Notes under the pieces: generated by a model
Seen by the model: the letters and a program-made list of their open reading frames with translations, nothing else
What the model was told of the DNA's origin: nothing
The model's database searches: none
Source: Phallusia mammillata
Taxonomy: Eukaryota
Length of the DNA stretch: 64,000 nucleotides
Reading direction: 5' to 3'
Assembly (NCBI GenBank): GCA_965637545.1
Contig: OZ281500.1
Span: 2,170,001 to 2,234,000, forward strand
Shown here: positions 37,991-49,053 of the stretch, piece by piece
How positions within the stretch are numbered: the first letter of the stretch is position 1
Layout: every line of letters begins with the position of its first letter
Translations under genes and position numbers: made by a program

Positions 37991-38564
37991 ATGGATCCAC
38001 AAAAACAAGGTAGGTGGCTGAAAGAATAACGAATGATTTAATATTTATTATTTTACATCAAGATTATTCGCAGACAAAAATGAAATGTCAAGATTAAATT
38101 AGGAATTATGTGTCCCAACTGTGAAGTGCTTTGAAAACATCCGCATACCTCGTATTTTATAAATGGGGTTAAATTGTTTTTATACGACAAGTCAAACTAA
38201 GTTTGCTTTCACCTTTTTAGGCGAAAACCCACGAAAATTGAGCATAGAAGCGGTGAAACAATTTGACAAGACAAAACTAAATCACACTGAAACTGAAGAA
38301 AAAAACACGCTGCCTACCAAAGAGAGTAAGTATAGCAAGGTCAAAAACCATGCAAATAAACTTGTCCTAAAACTGTGCATACAATTTATCACTTTGATAA
38401 AAAATATCCCAATGATTAGTCACACCAAATTTTTGTGTAAATTCCCTTTTCCAATATGTTGTGACAAAATAACATTTTGTTTGTAACTTTGATTTTTGAA
38501 ACCAATTGTAACGAGATTTTTATTTGCATTTTTAGCTATTGATCAAGAAAAGTCCAGCAGCTAA
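37991..38564 (+). CDS. TMSB: Single-repeat beta-thymosin, 3 exons, 50 aa
   Basis: Exons 37991-38009, 38221-38325, 38536-38564 give [50 protein letters not shown], with the classic FDKTKL..TET.EKN.LPTKETI.QEK signature. Confidence 0.88.
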
Positions 38565-39612
38565 CAAGAAGAATCTATTGCAGTGATGCATTTTACATAA
38601 CCAGTTTATTTATTGTGTAATTTAATAAATATAACCGGAATCGTTTTCGTTTTGATGTTTCACAATAAAAATTCGCTGAGAAAACCTTGAAAGCACAAGA
38701 TGTCAAATTTTGTTCTTTGCGTCGGTTGAACATATTTAAACACTCCAAAAATGCATAAGGATCAACGATAAAACACATATGAAGAAAAATCTTCTGCGTA
38801 TGTGAAAAATATATGATAATAATTGTAAAAGATATTACAATACAGTACTTTTAAAATTTTGGCCGTACTATTAGGAGAGGACACTACAGAAATGCAATGT
38901 AACACAACAACAGTAATATCAGTATCAGATTGCTGGCTTTCATTTCGCTCGCTACCCTGCTATAGTCAGTCAACAGGCACCAGTCTATAATTTTTGTAGT
39001 TTTTGTATAATTTTAAGCTCATTGTAGTTAAAAACTGAAAATAGCGGGGCATTAGGTACTCCAAGACAAGGTGTATAATTAATCTATTTCTACTTAATTT
39101 ATGATCAGAAAAGTTATTTAAAAGTTAGATGACTCATAAACCGACAGAACTAAACCCAAATACATGTCGAGAAACATAGTTTGCCATTTTTACAAAAGCT
39201 TAATCTGATCTTTACTTTTGTTCTGAAAAACAGTATCGTATCGTCTTGTTGTGGTTTTGTGCAACGTGAGACCTTATTTTAAACGTCCACGTACAAATAC
39301 GCGGCCCTCTTTGTTCCTGACGCAAGTGGTTGATATCCAATTTACAGTACAATAAAGAAAAAAAAGGATTATTCAGGTTAAAGGTGCTGCGGGTATAGGG
39401 CCTTTTAATTGTGTTGTTGCTTTATTGTTATGGGCAAGTGTAATATAAGTTTTAAAAGCGTTTCTTTTGTTGAATAAGGTACTTTGTCTCGCAAAGTCGC
39501 TTTTTTTGTCCAAACAATAACAGTCACCCACTTTTTATTGTTGCAGAAATTTAACAAATTTCTTGTGATATTTAAATTAGACCTAATATTGGTTTGATAC
39601 AAAACTGTTAAA

Positions 39613-40189
39613 ATGGATCCACAAAATCAAGGTTGGTGGCTGAAAAAATAACTAATGAATAAACATTTATTAATTTCACATTAAGTTTGTTTGCAACAGG
39701 ATAAAAACCTAAATTGAGAATGCTGTATCTTAACTGTGAAAGTCTTTCAAAAATATTTGCTTTTGCCGTTTTTAAAGGGGGTAAATGTTTTAATACAACA
39801 AGTGAAATCAAGTTTTTTTTACACCTTTTTCAGACGAAAACTCGAAAAAAACGAAAATTGTGCATGGATGCTTTGAAACAATTCGACATGACAAAACTAA
39901 ATGACACTGAAACTAAAGAAAAAAACACGCTGCCCACCAAAGAGAGTAAGTAGTGCAATACTTGTTAATGTCCAAAACCATTCAAGTTAACTTGCCCTAA
40001 ACTTGTGTATAGAATTTATCACTTTGATAAAAATATTACAATAATTAGTCATACCAAATTTTTGTGTTAATTCCCTTTTCCATTATGTTGTGACAAAATA
40101 ACTTTTTGTTTGTAACCCTGATTTTGAAACCAGCTTTAGCGCGATTGTTTTTAATTTTAGCCACCGATAGAGAAAAGATTAGCATCTAA
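39613..40189 (+). pseudogene. TMSB: Tandem duplicate beta-thymosin with a +1 frameshift in an A7 run; may be rescued by an internal ATG
   Basis: Exons 39613-39631, 39834-39945, 40161-40189. Exon 2 has 10 nt where the paralog has 3; an ATG at 39864 is in frame with the thymosin core. Confidence 0.65.
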
Positions 40190-41639
40190 CCAGAACAATC
40201 TATTTAAAGTGATGCATTTTACACAACCAGTTCATTTGTTGGTGTTTCGCAATAAAATATCGCAAATAAAAATTTAAAATCACAAAATGGCATCAGATCA
40301 ACGTATATTTAAACACTCAAAAAAGCAGTTAAAAAGATCAAGGAAAAACACTTGCATTAAAACAACTTTAAAAAATAAACGCTGCGAAGGTAAAATAGGA
40401 CAAAAGGACCTGATACCCTCACTTATAATATGCGGTTTGATGTTATGTGTGTTCAGAATCTTTATGTTTCTATTTATTTTGTTATTGATTTAGTCTTATA
40501 TGTAGAATTAAATTTAATCTCACAACAAAAATTAACGACAAATCCAGAAACTATCAGCCGAGTATAATTGCGTAGCATTTTTTTGTTTCAAAACGATCGT
40601 GTTTGCTTTCACATGAAAAACAACAAGTGGTACAGGGTAAGCACTGCTGTACATATAAAGTTGTTGGAGCTCGAACACTAATAAAGCTTTGTGTACAAAT
40701 ATACAGTAACATTTATAACTTATAACAAGTCACAGACAATTAGCTCGCTGATTGCATTTGCAGTGAAAAGTATAAATAATGCTATAGCAGGCTATAGCCT
40801 ATAGTCCACAGTGCTTTCACAGCCACGGGTTTCTTGTACATTCTATTGGAAAGAGGATTTCTTGTTCAAACGTATCGAGGTTATATTATCGAGTTCTTTT
40901 AAGTTAAATTACCTTTATTTTTACCAATTAATTAATTACATTTTTAATAAATTTAATTAAATTACTTGAAAAACGTATATGTATAATAGTAACAGTACAC
41001 ACAAACAAGACAATGAAAACCCAACACTTGCCGGACTAAGGTCAAAATTTTTTATTTGGCTCTGGAGAAGTAACAGAAGAAGGACGATTCTCCTGAAACA
41101 CGCTTTGTGGTTTTACAGGTGCTAGATTGCTGGAAGTCGACATGTCGGAGAAATCTAAAGTAAAAACACACAATTGGACAAGACGAGAAAAGCTAAACGA
41201 TCAGTCACATGTCAAATTAACACAAGTATAATAAAGAAAAAATTAACTCTTAATACCTGGGTTGTGTTCTTGATTAATAAAACCAGAAAAGGGAAAAGAA
41301 GGATCCGGAGTGGAATATATTTTGTGATTTGTGTCTCTGGCACTTTGGTATTGAAAATGTCTAAAGTCAAAGCTAAAAAAAATATAAACCCAATGATTCA
41401 ACAAAAGTAAGGCAAAACTGTGAAGATTAATTCCTCGGTTTAGAATTTATTAAGTTTAAACCAATTTTGGGTCGGGGGAACATTTCGGCTGAATACACTG
41501 TTTTCCCGAGTTTCGGTTTCAACATCGCCCATCGCCAAAAAACATCAGTCTGTGTTTAGATAATAATTGTGTAGTAAAGGTTTTGTTTTGGAATTATCCA
41601 ACAAATCCTAGAACTTGGCATTACTTTTGTTTATTGTTT

Positions 41640-43310
41640 TTAGTTTAAAATGGCGCCGGAGTCATTTTTGAATGCTAAGCCAGCAATTGCGCTCTTGGCG
41701 ATGGATTTGTACTTGGCGGTTAGTATAGGACTGTTATTTTTACACTTCCGACTAAACAGTTGCCGAATTGAAATCTGCCTCTCTGCTGTATTTCAATAGG
41801 TAAACAAATCCTCAATGTACTTAGGTTTTTCGGGTAGCTTTCCTCCCAAAATTTCCATTCGGGAAAAGGAATCTACGAATAGTAACAACAGTTGATCAGC
41901 TTCACACGAAAGAAAATATAAAAGCCACTTCGCTTACCGCTTACTACAAAAGTAGGATCTGAAATTTTCAAATTCACGTATTTTGGTAAAACAAGAAAGG
42001 TCACGGTGACCCTAACATCTGGTCTGTTTTACAAACAACTCAACAAAGAATTTTACTGAATATCTTTAGCTCCATGGGCCATTTATTTTCTTTCTTTTTT
42101 CTTGACTGATAAAATGGACGAAACGGTCAATAGTGGTGTGATACGACCTTTCTTCAAACTTACGAGTTTTTAATTTAACTTTCACACTGACTTTTAACGG
42201 CAAATAAACACATAAATCAGTCTGGTCGTTTCTATTATTTTGGAAAATTGCGTGAACGGGTATTGCGTTGTATCAGAATTCCTAAATGGGTCGCAAAGAC
42301 AAAAGGTAATATATATTGCAAAGCTTACCACCTCGGGGTACTTGACGATTTGTACCAGAATATCTGGGCCGATGCTGATACATTGTCACGTCGTTTCGTA
42401 TTAGATCTGGTAAAATATAATATGAATTACTTCGGCTGTAGCAAATCTGGTTATATTATTTTCCCTTTCTTCTCACAAACACATAGAAGTTACAAATATT
42501 TAAATCAGAAAAGGTTACAGTCGTGTCGTACCCACAGATTCCATAACGAGAAAAGGACTAACATTTAATCACGTTAAGCTGCCGAGCAGAAAACCACGGT
42601 TTTTAAATCATGCAGATTTAGTAACGTCGGAGTTATATTTAAATCTAAGCGAATTGCGCTCTTGACGGTGGATTTGTATTAGTATATGGCTGTTAACTTT
42701 AAACTTTTAAATATAAAAATTGCCGGCTGGAAATCTGCCTTTCCACTTTATTTCAATGGGAAAACAAATCTTGAATGTACTTAGTTTTTCCTGGTTGCTT
42801 TCCTCCCAATTTTCCAGTGTGCCAGATGTAAACGGACCTTCATATAATAACAACAGTCGATCAGCTTTACACAAATGAAAATATAAAATCCACATCGCTT
42901 ACCGGTTACTACTACAGTAGGGTCTGATATTTGAAATTCATTTTTCCCATTTGGATCACGGTATTTGTTTCTTACATTTGGATCCGGTGAATTTTGGTGT
43001 GTGGGGTCAGTGGAAGTTCCTTTTCTATCAAAACCTAAATTGTAAACAAAATCATGTATTTTGGTAAAACAAGAAAGGTAAAAACTAACAGTCGGTCTAA
43101 ATTACAGACATAAGGTAATCCAGAGCACCGGTTTGATTCTTGTTGATTTGTGGCGCAATCGCGAGTGTGTTTTTCTTGACTTATAAAAGGGACAAAACAG
43201 TAAGAAAACTAATATTGGTGTGATACAGACTGCCTCCAAACTTACGAGTTTTTACTGTCACATTGACGTGTGACTGCAAATACACACATAAATCAGTTTA
43301 GTCCAGCGGT
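41640..43310 (-). pseudogene. Tandemly duplicated, degenerate exon-like module of an unknown gene
   Basis: About 41640-42240 resembles about 42640-43310. Both have acceptor-like sites and related translations (GKR.GFYIF..VKLI.CCYY, WEES...LST..IC.PIEI, KTRKF....YHT) broken by stops or frameshifts. Confidence 0.4.
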
Positions 43311-45034
43311 ATCCAATTGGCTCTGAGATGGTTGCTGAGGGTCCATGGAGCCAAATATGTTTAGTATATCATTAACAAACAGAAAAATATTTTTAAGTTT
43401 CTAAATCGTTTTTACAATCCTGCATACAAGTGCAAACTGTTTATCACACCCAAATTGGGCCAAGAACTATTACTTTTTGTGATTTTTCCCCTGTTTTTGA
43501 CATCATAACACACATGTACAATGGACTTTATGAGACAAGCGTTGGGTCAAGCTACATATATATATATATAAAACCTTGTGCCGTGACCGTAGATGTTAAT
43601 TGTCCATTTAAAATAATTCCCAGTATGAAAATGACAGAAACGGTCAGATTTATTATTGCATTGTTCGTCTGTAGTTCTCTGCAAAGAAGTTTTCTGCATT
43701 AAACGCCTGACTACAATTGAATAGTAAACAATCACTTTCTACCTTTGGCGGTTCCAATTTGCTGACATTGTTTGTACTTGTTGTGCCGACTGTTTCAGGT
43801 ACGGTAGAAAGGGTTTTATTTCCAATCTATGTCCCACGAACCACTTAATATCTGAATATCGGAAAATGGCTGAAGTGAATTTCAACTGCGAAAAGTTGAT
43901 TACGTTTAATTTCAAAGAAACTGTATGAGGGGTTTGTCATAACGTAACATAGTTTACGAAAACCTTTTAATAAAGAAAATAAATCAAGTCAATTGACCCA
44001 ATTAAAATACACGTGAAAAACCTAATTGGGATTTTTGATTCGACAGTACACTCTGTGGCCAGTGGGACAAGCTCCCTGAGTACACTGAGAACCATTGCAA
44101 ACAACCTTTTTTGCTACTGAAAAGATCACATAACAAAAATATTTGTTAAAGTCGTTTCCTTACTATCTTACTGAAGTCAATTTAAACTCTTTAAAATCAT
44201 AGTCTAAAGCAGAACTTAAGTTGCGTATCTCTTACTTGACCTATATTTTACCTGTTAAATGCCGCTTAAAAGTTATTTGTAGTTTTCCTTCACGACAATA
44301 ACAAATGCATTTTTGTTCAAATACAACCTATTTATATTTCTTACAAAAATTGTACAATCTTATTTGTTGCTGTTCCTTGCTTGGTCAAGTAAGTTACATC
44401 TAATCTTGTGTTTAGGCCTTCTCTTGAAAAAAGCTGCATACAGTGATGTGACGTGCAACACTAAGATTTCCTTGTCGAGTCATGGTGTTCCAATCTGATG
44501 CAACCGTGAAAGTTGCGCAACCTTTGTTTTTCTTCACTCATCCAAAACATTTTTGTTTTACCTTACACTACCTACCGCAGCGGGCTTTGTGTTCCAAAAC
44601 AAAGCTTTGCATCGAATTACAGAAGCGATAATGTCATGTGTTTATTGTGTTGGTAATGAAATATCGCCCTGTATTGAAACAGACCAACGTGTTTTGAATT
44701 AGTTTTTTTAGATTAGGTATTTTTTAAGGTTTTATTTAGGATTAATTTTTTATTGAGATTGATAAACTGATGATCTTCACACTGATCAATAAAAGCGGAC
44801 ATTGTTGTTTTATTTTACAGGCATTAGCAATAGTTGCACCATTAATAGATTAACAAAATTAGTGAATACAAAAGTGTGGAACTGTCCCAATGTTTTATGT
44901 AATACAGAAACATCATGCAAATGTTACGCACACTGATCAACGAGAGTAACACAAACAGATAGCAAGCAAGAATATGTCAGTGAAAACAAAAGTACAAATT
45001 TAAATCGTCCGATTATCAGTACCACTTTAACTTG

Positions 45035-45304
45035 TCACGTTTCGTATGTAATGACGGAAACTTTCCAAGGCTTTACAGGAAAACAGCTATCTGAACCAGT
45101 AGGGTCCATTGGCTGAATCAAACTTGTTGCTCTAGGCCATCTTGGCTCTATCCATTTTAACTCTGAAGGGCATCGTATATCATAATAACTACTGGTGCCG
45201 TACATGGGTGTGCCTGGGTCCGCATCAAAAGGCCACGGAGGGGTCAAAACTCCGAATCCAATGAGCAAAATGTAAAGAGTAATCAAAGCCAGAACCAGCT
45301 TCAT
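45035..45304 (-). CDS. Putative small secreted protein or first coding exon of an unknown gene, 89 aa
   Basis: Signal-peptide-like MKLVLALITLYILLIGFG and a Pro/Trp-rich mature part; a strong acceptor TTTTTGCATTTTTCAG ends at 45331, 26 nt before the ATG. Confidence 0.45.
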   Translation of the reverse strand: MKLVLALITLYILLIGFGVLTPPWPFDADPGTPMYGTSSYYDIRCPSELKWIEPRWPRATSLIQPMDPTGSDSCFPVKPWKVSVITYET

Positions 45305-45461
45305 TATGAATAATCAGAACAGAGTATTTCCTGAAAAATGCAAAAACTCTTTGATAAAAGTGTATATCTTGCAAAACGTAATACCAAATTGCCCCAGAAC
45401 TATTACTAAGCCGACAATAGTAGTATATATTGTGGCTTTGACCCTCCAAGTATGCTCAATT

Positions 45462-45481
45462 ACTTCCGGTATTACTTCCGG
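45462..45481. promoter_or_regulatory. Tandem ETS/GABP-type motifs (ACTTCCGG x2, 12-bp period) in the TIR
   Basis: ACTTCCGG at 45462-45469 and 45474-45481, mirrored at 59484-59503. Motif match only. Confidence 0.4.
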
Positions 45482-45484
45482 TCT

Positions 45485-45790
45485 AACCCTATAGACGGTT
45501 AGACGTTAACCCTAAGTTTAGACCTTAAGTTTAGACCCTAAGTTTAGACCCTTAGTTTAGACGCTAACCCCAACTATAACCCTAACCCTAGGTTTAGACG
45601 GTAATAACCCTAAGTTTAGACCCTTAGTTTAGACGCTAACCCCAACTATAACCCTAACCCTAGGTTTAGACGGTAATAACCCTGAGTTTAGACCCTAACC
45701 CTAACCCTAACCCTAACCCTAACCCTAACCCCAACTATAACCCTAACCCTAACCCTAGGTTTAGACGGTAATAACCCTAAGTTTAGACGT
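45485..45790. repeat. Telomere-like CCCTAA/TTAGGG array with a 72-bp higher-order unit (left TIR)
   Basis: Six perfect CCCTAA units at 45693-45728, plus many CCCTAA/CCCTAG variants interleaved with GTTTAGAC; 72-bp period between 45549 and 45621. Confidence 0.92.
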
Positions 45791-46169
45791 TAATTTGAGA
45801 TGCTAATAATTCTAACTATAACCCTTTAGAGGGTAATGAATGTAATCCTATGGATGATAACCCTAACTGTTTGGTATGTATTAGGTAGTTTGTTGCCCAG
45901 ATTGATATAATCCTAAACGGTAAAAACTGCAAGATAGCATCATCTTTACGTTTGTGGTGAGCTGGCCTCGCTTGCGGAAATTGTTTCCTGAATTGCATTG
46001 CTATTGAGGGCAATTGGATGGGAACAATTGTACGCTAGGCAATCGTGTTTACCAGGCCCATCAAAGGGCTTGGCGAAGCCAATTAATTCGCGCCTGCAGA
46101 CCTGTTTTCTGACGTAATATTGCAAAGACGGTTTTGACGCAGTCAATTGCCAAGCGCTTCGGGGAGAAT

Positions 46170-46610
46170 TTATTCATCGAATAACGTTTGTACAACCAAG
46201 TCATTTGCTATATAATTGGACGAAAAAGAGTTTACAAAGTCTTCCATTGAGATGTTTCGTGATACAGCGAATACAAACAGAATTACATAATGTCCACAAA
46301 CCGAGGATTGAAAGCTTTGGAGTTGGATATTATTGAACGTCCACTGAGTGGCGTTGTCGGACATAAAGTTGTAAAATTCGGGAAAAATCATTAATCCGTA
46401 GCTGTCAAAATAGTAACCCTTGCCGCTGTCGTCGAAATAAGCAGCACACCAGTGAGTTCCGGGTTCATCGTGGTCATCGGTATTAAAAACGTACGCGGCC
46501 GGTGCATGAACCTCGATGCCGTTTATTTGATCTTTCGGATACACTCCGCGGAAGATGCGTCTGGCTTTTTTATCTTCGTTTAAAATGCGTTTTATGGTGA
46601 GAGAATCCAT
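46170..46610 (-). CDS. Adenain-like cysteine maturation protease (PRO), 146 aa
   Basis: Catalytic motifs GTHW, YYFDSYG, QLQSFQSSVCGHY; FRGVYP..Q and NTD motifs typical of Polinton proteases. Confidence 0.95.
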   Translation of the reverse strand: MDSLTIKRILNEDKKARRIFRGVYPKDQINGIEVHAPAAYVFNTDDHDEPGTHWCAAYFDDSGKGYYFDSYGLMIFPEFYNFMSDNATQWTFNNIQLQSFQSSVCGHYVILFVFAVSRNISMEDFVNSFSSNYIANDLVVQTLFDE

Positions 46611-47918
46611 TCAGGCGGAGTAGTCAAACAGCACTGTTCTGTCTTTGTTCAATTCCAAAATATTATCAAACTCTGCATAAACGATGACGTTCACCGTTGC
46701 TGTCAGCGGCGATGCGAATTGCAATTGCAAGCGTATGTTCCCCTTCTGCTTTAAACCAAAATGACTTCCTGAATTTAAGTCTGGCGAAAGATTGAAAGAA
46801 AAAAGCGCGAAACCGTTTTTGTAATCCTTGCGAGATATGTTGTTGCCGAGATCTTCAAAGAACTTGCCAGTGGCCGTATACATGGAGGTGTAACAACGCA
46901 TGAACAGATCTTCGTCAAAATTAGGCTTTAGGACTTTCGAAGGAACAGTTTTTGCTCCGATGTGGAGGGCCATGAAATTCACTTTGAAATTTTTAAAATT
47001 GAATGGATTTTTGGATCTCGTTCCATTGTAAGCGCTGTTTTCTACGAGTCCAACAACAACCCTTTTAGGAGCCTGTCCCAGAAATAGATTCTGTTGATTT
47101 AAATCCATGTTTCCCGCTCCAATGCTTAGAATTTTCACATCGGTTCGTCGTATCGGATACAAGGCGTTGGATTTGAGTAGCGCTTTCGCGTGTGCTATTT
47201 GAACGGCAGGGCTGATTTTCACTTTTCGGATGAACAATGACATATTTTCCACGCGAATTTTGTAGTTTGCGTCATCGGCGCACATCAAAGCAAATTCATC
47301 CGAATTGCGTAGAAAACGAAATTTCAAACCAACCCCGTTCAAAACATAACGGTCTTGGTTACACAAGTCAAGATGCGGTTTCGCGTAAAGATCTACTGTT
47401 TTGCTTTCGGCGATAAAGGCTTTGCGTTTGGCATATCCGCCGTTTGCCCCTGACATAGTATCGAATTTTCCCGCTGTATCTTTGTAATACAAACCGCTTG
47501 TTAGGTAAGATTGTTTCGCTGCCGGGCCAAATGACATCAGAGTCTCAATGTACGCCCTATAGCTGTAAGTGTTTGTTGCAGAGGTAACCAATTTATCGTT
47601 GACTGATAAATCCACTTGACTAAACAGACTATGCGCAAAATTGTTGACAACCGACACTTCCGCGTCATTCGCCAAAGCAGATCCATCCGCGTTGAGGACT
47701 TTGGCGCGGATTTGAAAATGGGTGTGAAACAAGTCTATGTACTCATCGGTTGTAGGTGAAATGTGGAATTCTATCGGAGATGCTTCTCCTATGGTGCTGA
47801 TGGGTAAGTATTCGCTAAAGTAACCTTCAGTACAGGTTGTATCTGTCGGAGGAATCATAAACAAATCCAACTCGCTTTTAACACATTCTGCTGACTTGGG
47901 GTGACAGGTCATTCTCAT
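46611..47918 (-). CDS. Major capsid protein (double jelly-roll, hexon-like), 435 aa (start may be 47912)
   Basis: Polinton MCP signatures ECVKSELDLF, NNFAHSLFSQVD, YSYRAYIETL, YVLNGV.L, FNFKNF, GFALFSFNLSPD, VIVYAEFDN. Confidence 0.93.
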   Translation of the reverse strand: MRMTCHPKSAECVKSELDLFMIPPTDTTCTEGYFSEYLPISTIGEASPIEFHISPTTDEYIDLFHTHFQIRAKVLNADGSALANDAEVSVVNNFAHSLFSQVDLSVNDKLVTSATNTYSYRAYIETLMSFGPAAKQSYLTSGLYYKDTAGKFDTMSGANGGYAKRKAFIAESKTVDLYAKPHLDLCNQDRYVLNGVGLKFRFLRNSDEFALMCADDANYKIRVENMSLFIRKVKISPAVQIAHAKALLKSNALYPIRRTDVKILSIGAGNMDLNQQNLFLGQAPKRVVVGLVENSAYNGTRSKNPFNFKNFKVNFMALHIGAKTVPSKVLKPNFDEDLFMRCYTSMYTATGKFFEDLGNNISRKDYKNGFALFSFNLSPDLNSGSHFGLKQKGNIRLQLQFASPLTATVNVIVYAEFDNILELNKDRTVLFDYSA

Positions 47919-48328
47919 CCACTAAAAATGTCACGTCCTTTCGTCCGCTTTGCCTTTTTGCGACTGGCTTTGGAAGGCGCGCGTTTACGTTTTTTATTGC
48001 GTTGTCTCGGTGGTTTTTGAAGAGCATCGGCCACCAAGCCGAAAACATTTTTTCCGGCTTCTTTACTTCTTTGAATGACTGCTTTTTTCGGATTGACGCC
48101 AGAAATTAAATCGCCCGCGAATTCGACACCCGACCTGAGCAGCTGTTTTCCAACGGTTTTAGCGCCACTCTTTAACAGAGGCACCACGCTTTTAGCCAAA
48201 CCCGCAAACAAATTCCCCAATCCGTGCCCGCGTTGATAGGAAGCTCCGTGAAACACGGGGTGGCCGTTACCCGCCTGATTCAAATAGTAGGTTTGATAAG
48301 GACAAGCTGTTGCACAAACACCGTTCAT
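47915..48328 (-). CDS. Conserved Polinton virion/core protein with an amphipathic helix and basic tail, 137 aa
   Basis: YYLNQAGNG...YQRGHGLGNLFAGLAKSVVPLLKSGAKTVGKQLL, then a K/R-rich C-terminus; recognised from memory as a conserved Maverick accessory family. Confidence 0.8.
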   Translation of the reverse strand: MNGVCATACPYQTYYLNQAGNGHPVFHGASYQRGHGLGNLFAGLAKSVVPLLKSGAKTVGKQLLRSGVEFAGDLISGVNPKKAVIQRSKEAGKNVFGLVADALQKPPRQRNKKRKRAPSKASRKKAKRTKGRDIFSG

Positions 48329-49053
48329 GATTTTATTGCACGCAAAGTCAAGTTCACCACAACGCTCCCACTTTCAAATGGCACTGGTTTTCCGGTTGAG
48401 TCTCGGATATCAATTGTAATAGAATCAAATACCTTTCTTTGTACCCTGAGAAATCGAAGTTTAGCGTATTGGCGATGAATTATTTTTGTAAAGTGCACCG
48501 AATCACTTCCGACGATGGCCAATAGAGGGGCATGCGCATCGCCGACCACTCGGCTCTCCAATATATCGCAATACACATAGATCAGATGTCTTCCTTGCGC
48601 CAAATCAAGCGGTCGAGTTGAGTAATGAGCGCCTTCTGATAAATACCCGGTATCAAAGCCTGAAATGGCGGCAAGCTTGGGGCTGAGTTTGATTTGATAA
48701 TTGTCGCCGATGCTTAAACGTAGTCGATTGGTGATGCTCAAGTAGCTCACATTTGATTCTGTTTCGGACAAGCTTAAAAGGGATCGAAAGCCCTGCACGA
48801 AGGATGCAGCTGTGTAATGACCCCCGGGAAGAACCAAGCGCTGTGTTCCACCCCTAGTTTTCATTTTGAGCCAAGCTTCTCCGTTCGCAAAAGTGTTCCA
48901 TGTTTTCGGTATAAAAATTTCGTCCAGAGCGAGTTCCCACTCGCCTTGTAGTGCAAACGACCTAGGCAAGCGGGTGGTGTATTTTGTCACTGTATTATCC
49001 GGATAAAAATCCAAGCTGCTATTGCTCGGCAGGGCTAGGTTGAATTGCTGCAT
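48325..49053 (-). CDS. Minor capsid protein (penton, single jelly-roll), 242 aa
   Basis: LPSNSSLDFYPDNT...LQGEWELALDEI and IYVYCDILE...VGD..APLL, ITIDIRD..G motifs. Confidence 0.9.
   Translation of the reverse strand: MQQFNLALPSNSSLDFYPDNTVTKYTTRLPRSFALQGEWELALDEIFIPKTWNTFANGEAWLKMKTRGGTQRLVLPGGHYTAASFVQGFRSLLSLSETESNVSYLSITNRLRLSIGDNYQIKLSPKLAAISGFDTGYLSEGAHYSTRPLDLAQGRHLIYVYCDILESRVVGDAHAPLLAIVGSDSVHFTKIIHRQYAKLRFLRVQRKVFDSITIDIRDSTGKPVPFESGSVVVNLTLRAIKS

Larger units (their letters stand above)
45419..46344. repeat. Left terminal inverted repeat, 926 bp
   Basis: Reverse complement of 58621-59546. Spot checks and identical mirrored ORF translations showed no mismatch; identity breaks at 46345/58620. 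Confidence 0.95.

Noticed and set aside
45693-45728. True chromosome end or telomere-fusion scar
   Set aside because: The arrays lie inside matched TIRs of an element with a perfect 6-bp TSD, with ordinary host DNA on both sides.
45816-46146. 65-66 aa ORFs in the TIRs (mirrored at 58819-59149)
   Set aside because: Non-ATG starts and no recognisable motifs; the identical translations reflect TIR identity only.
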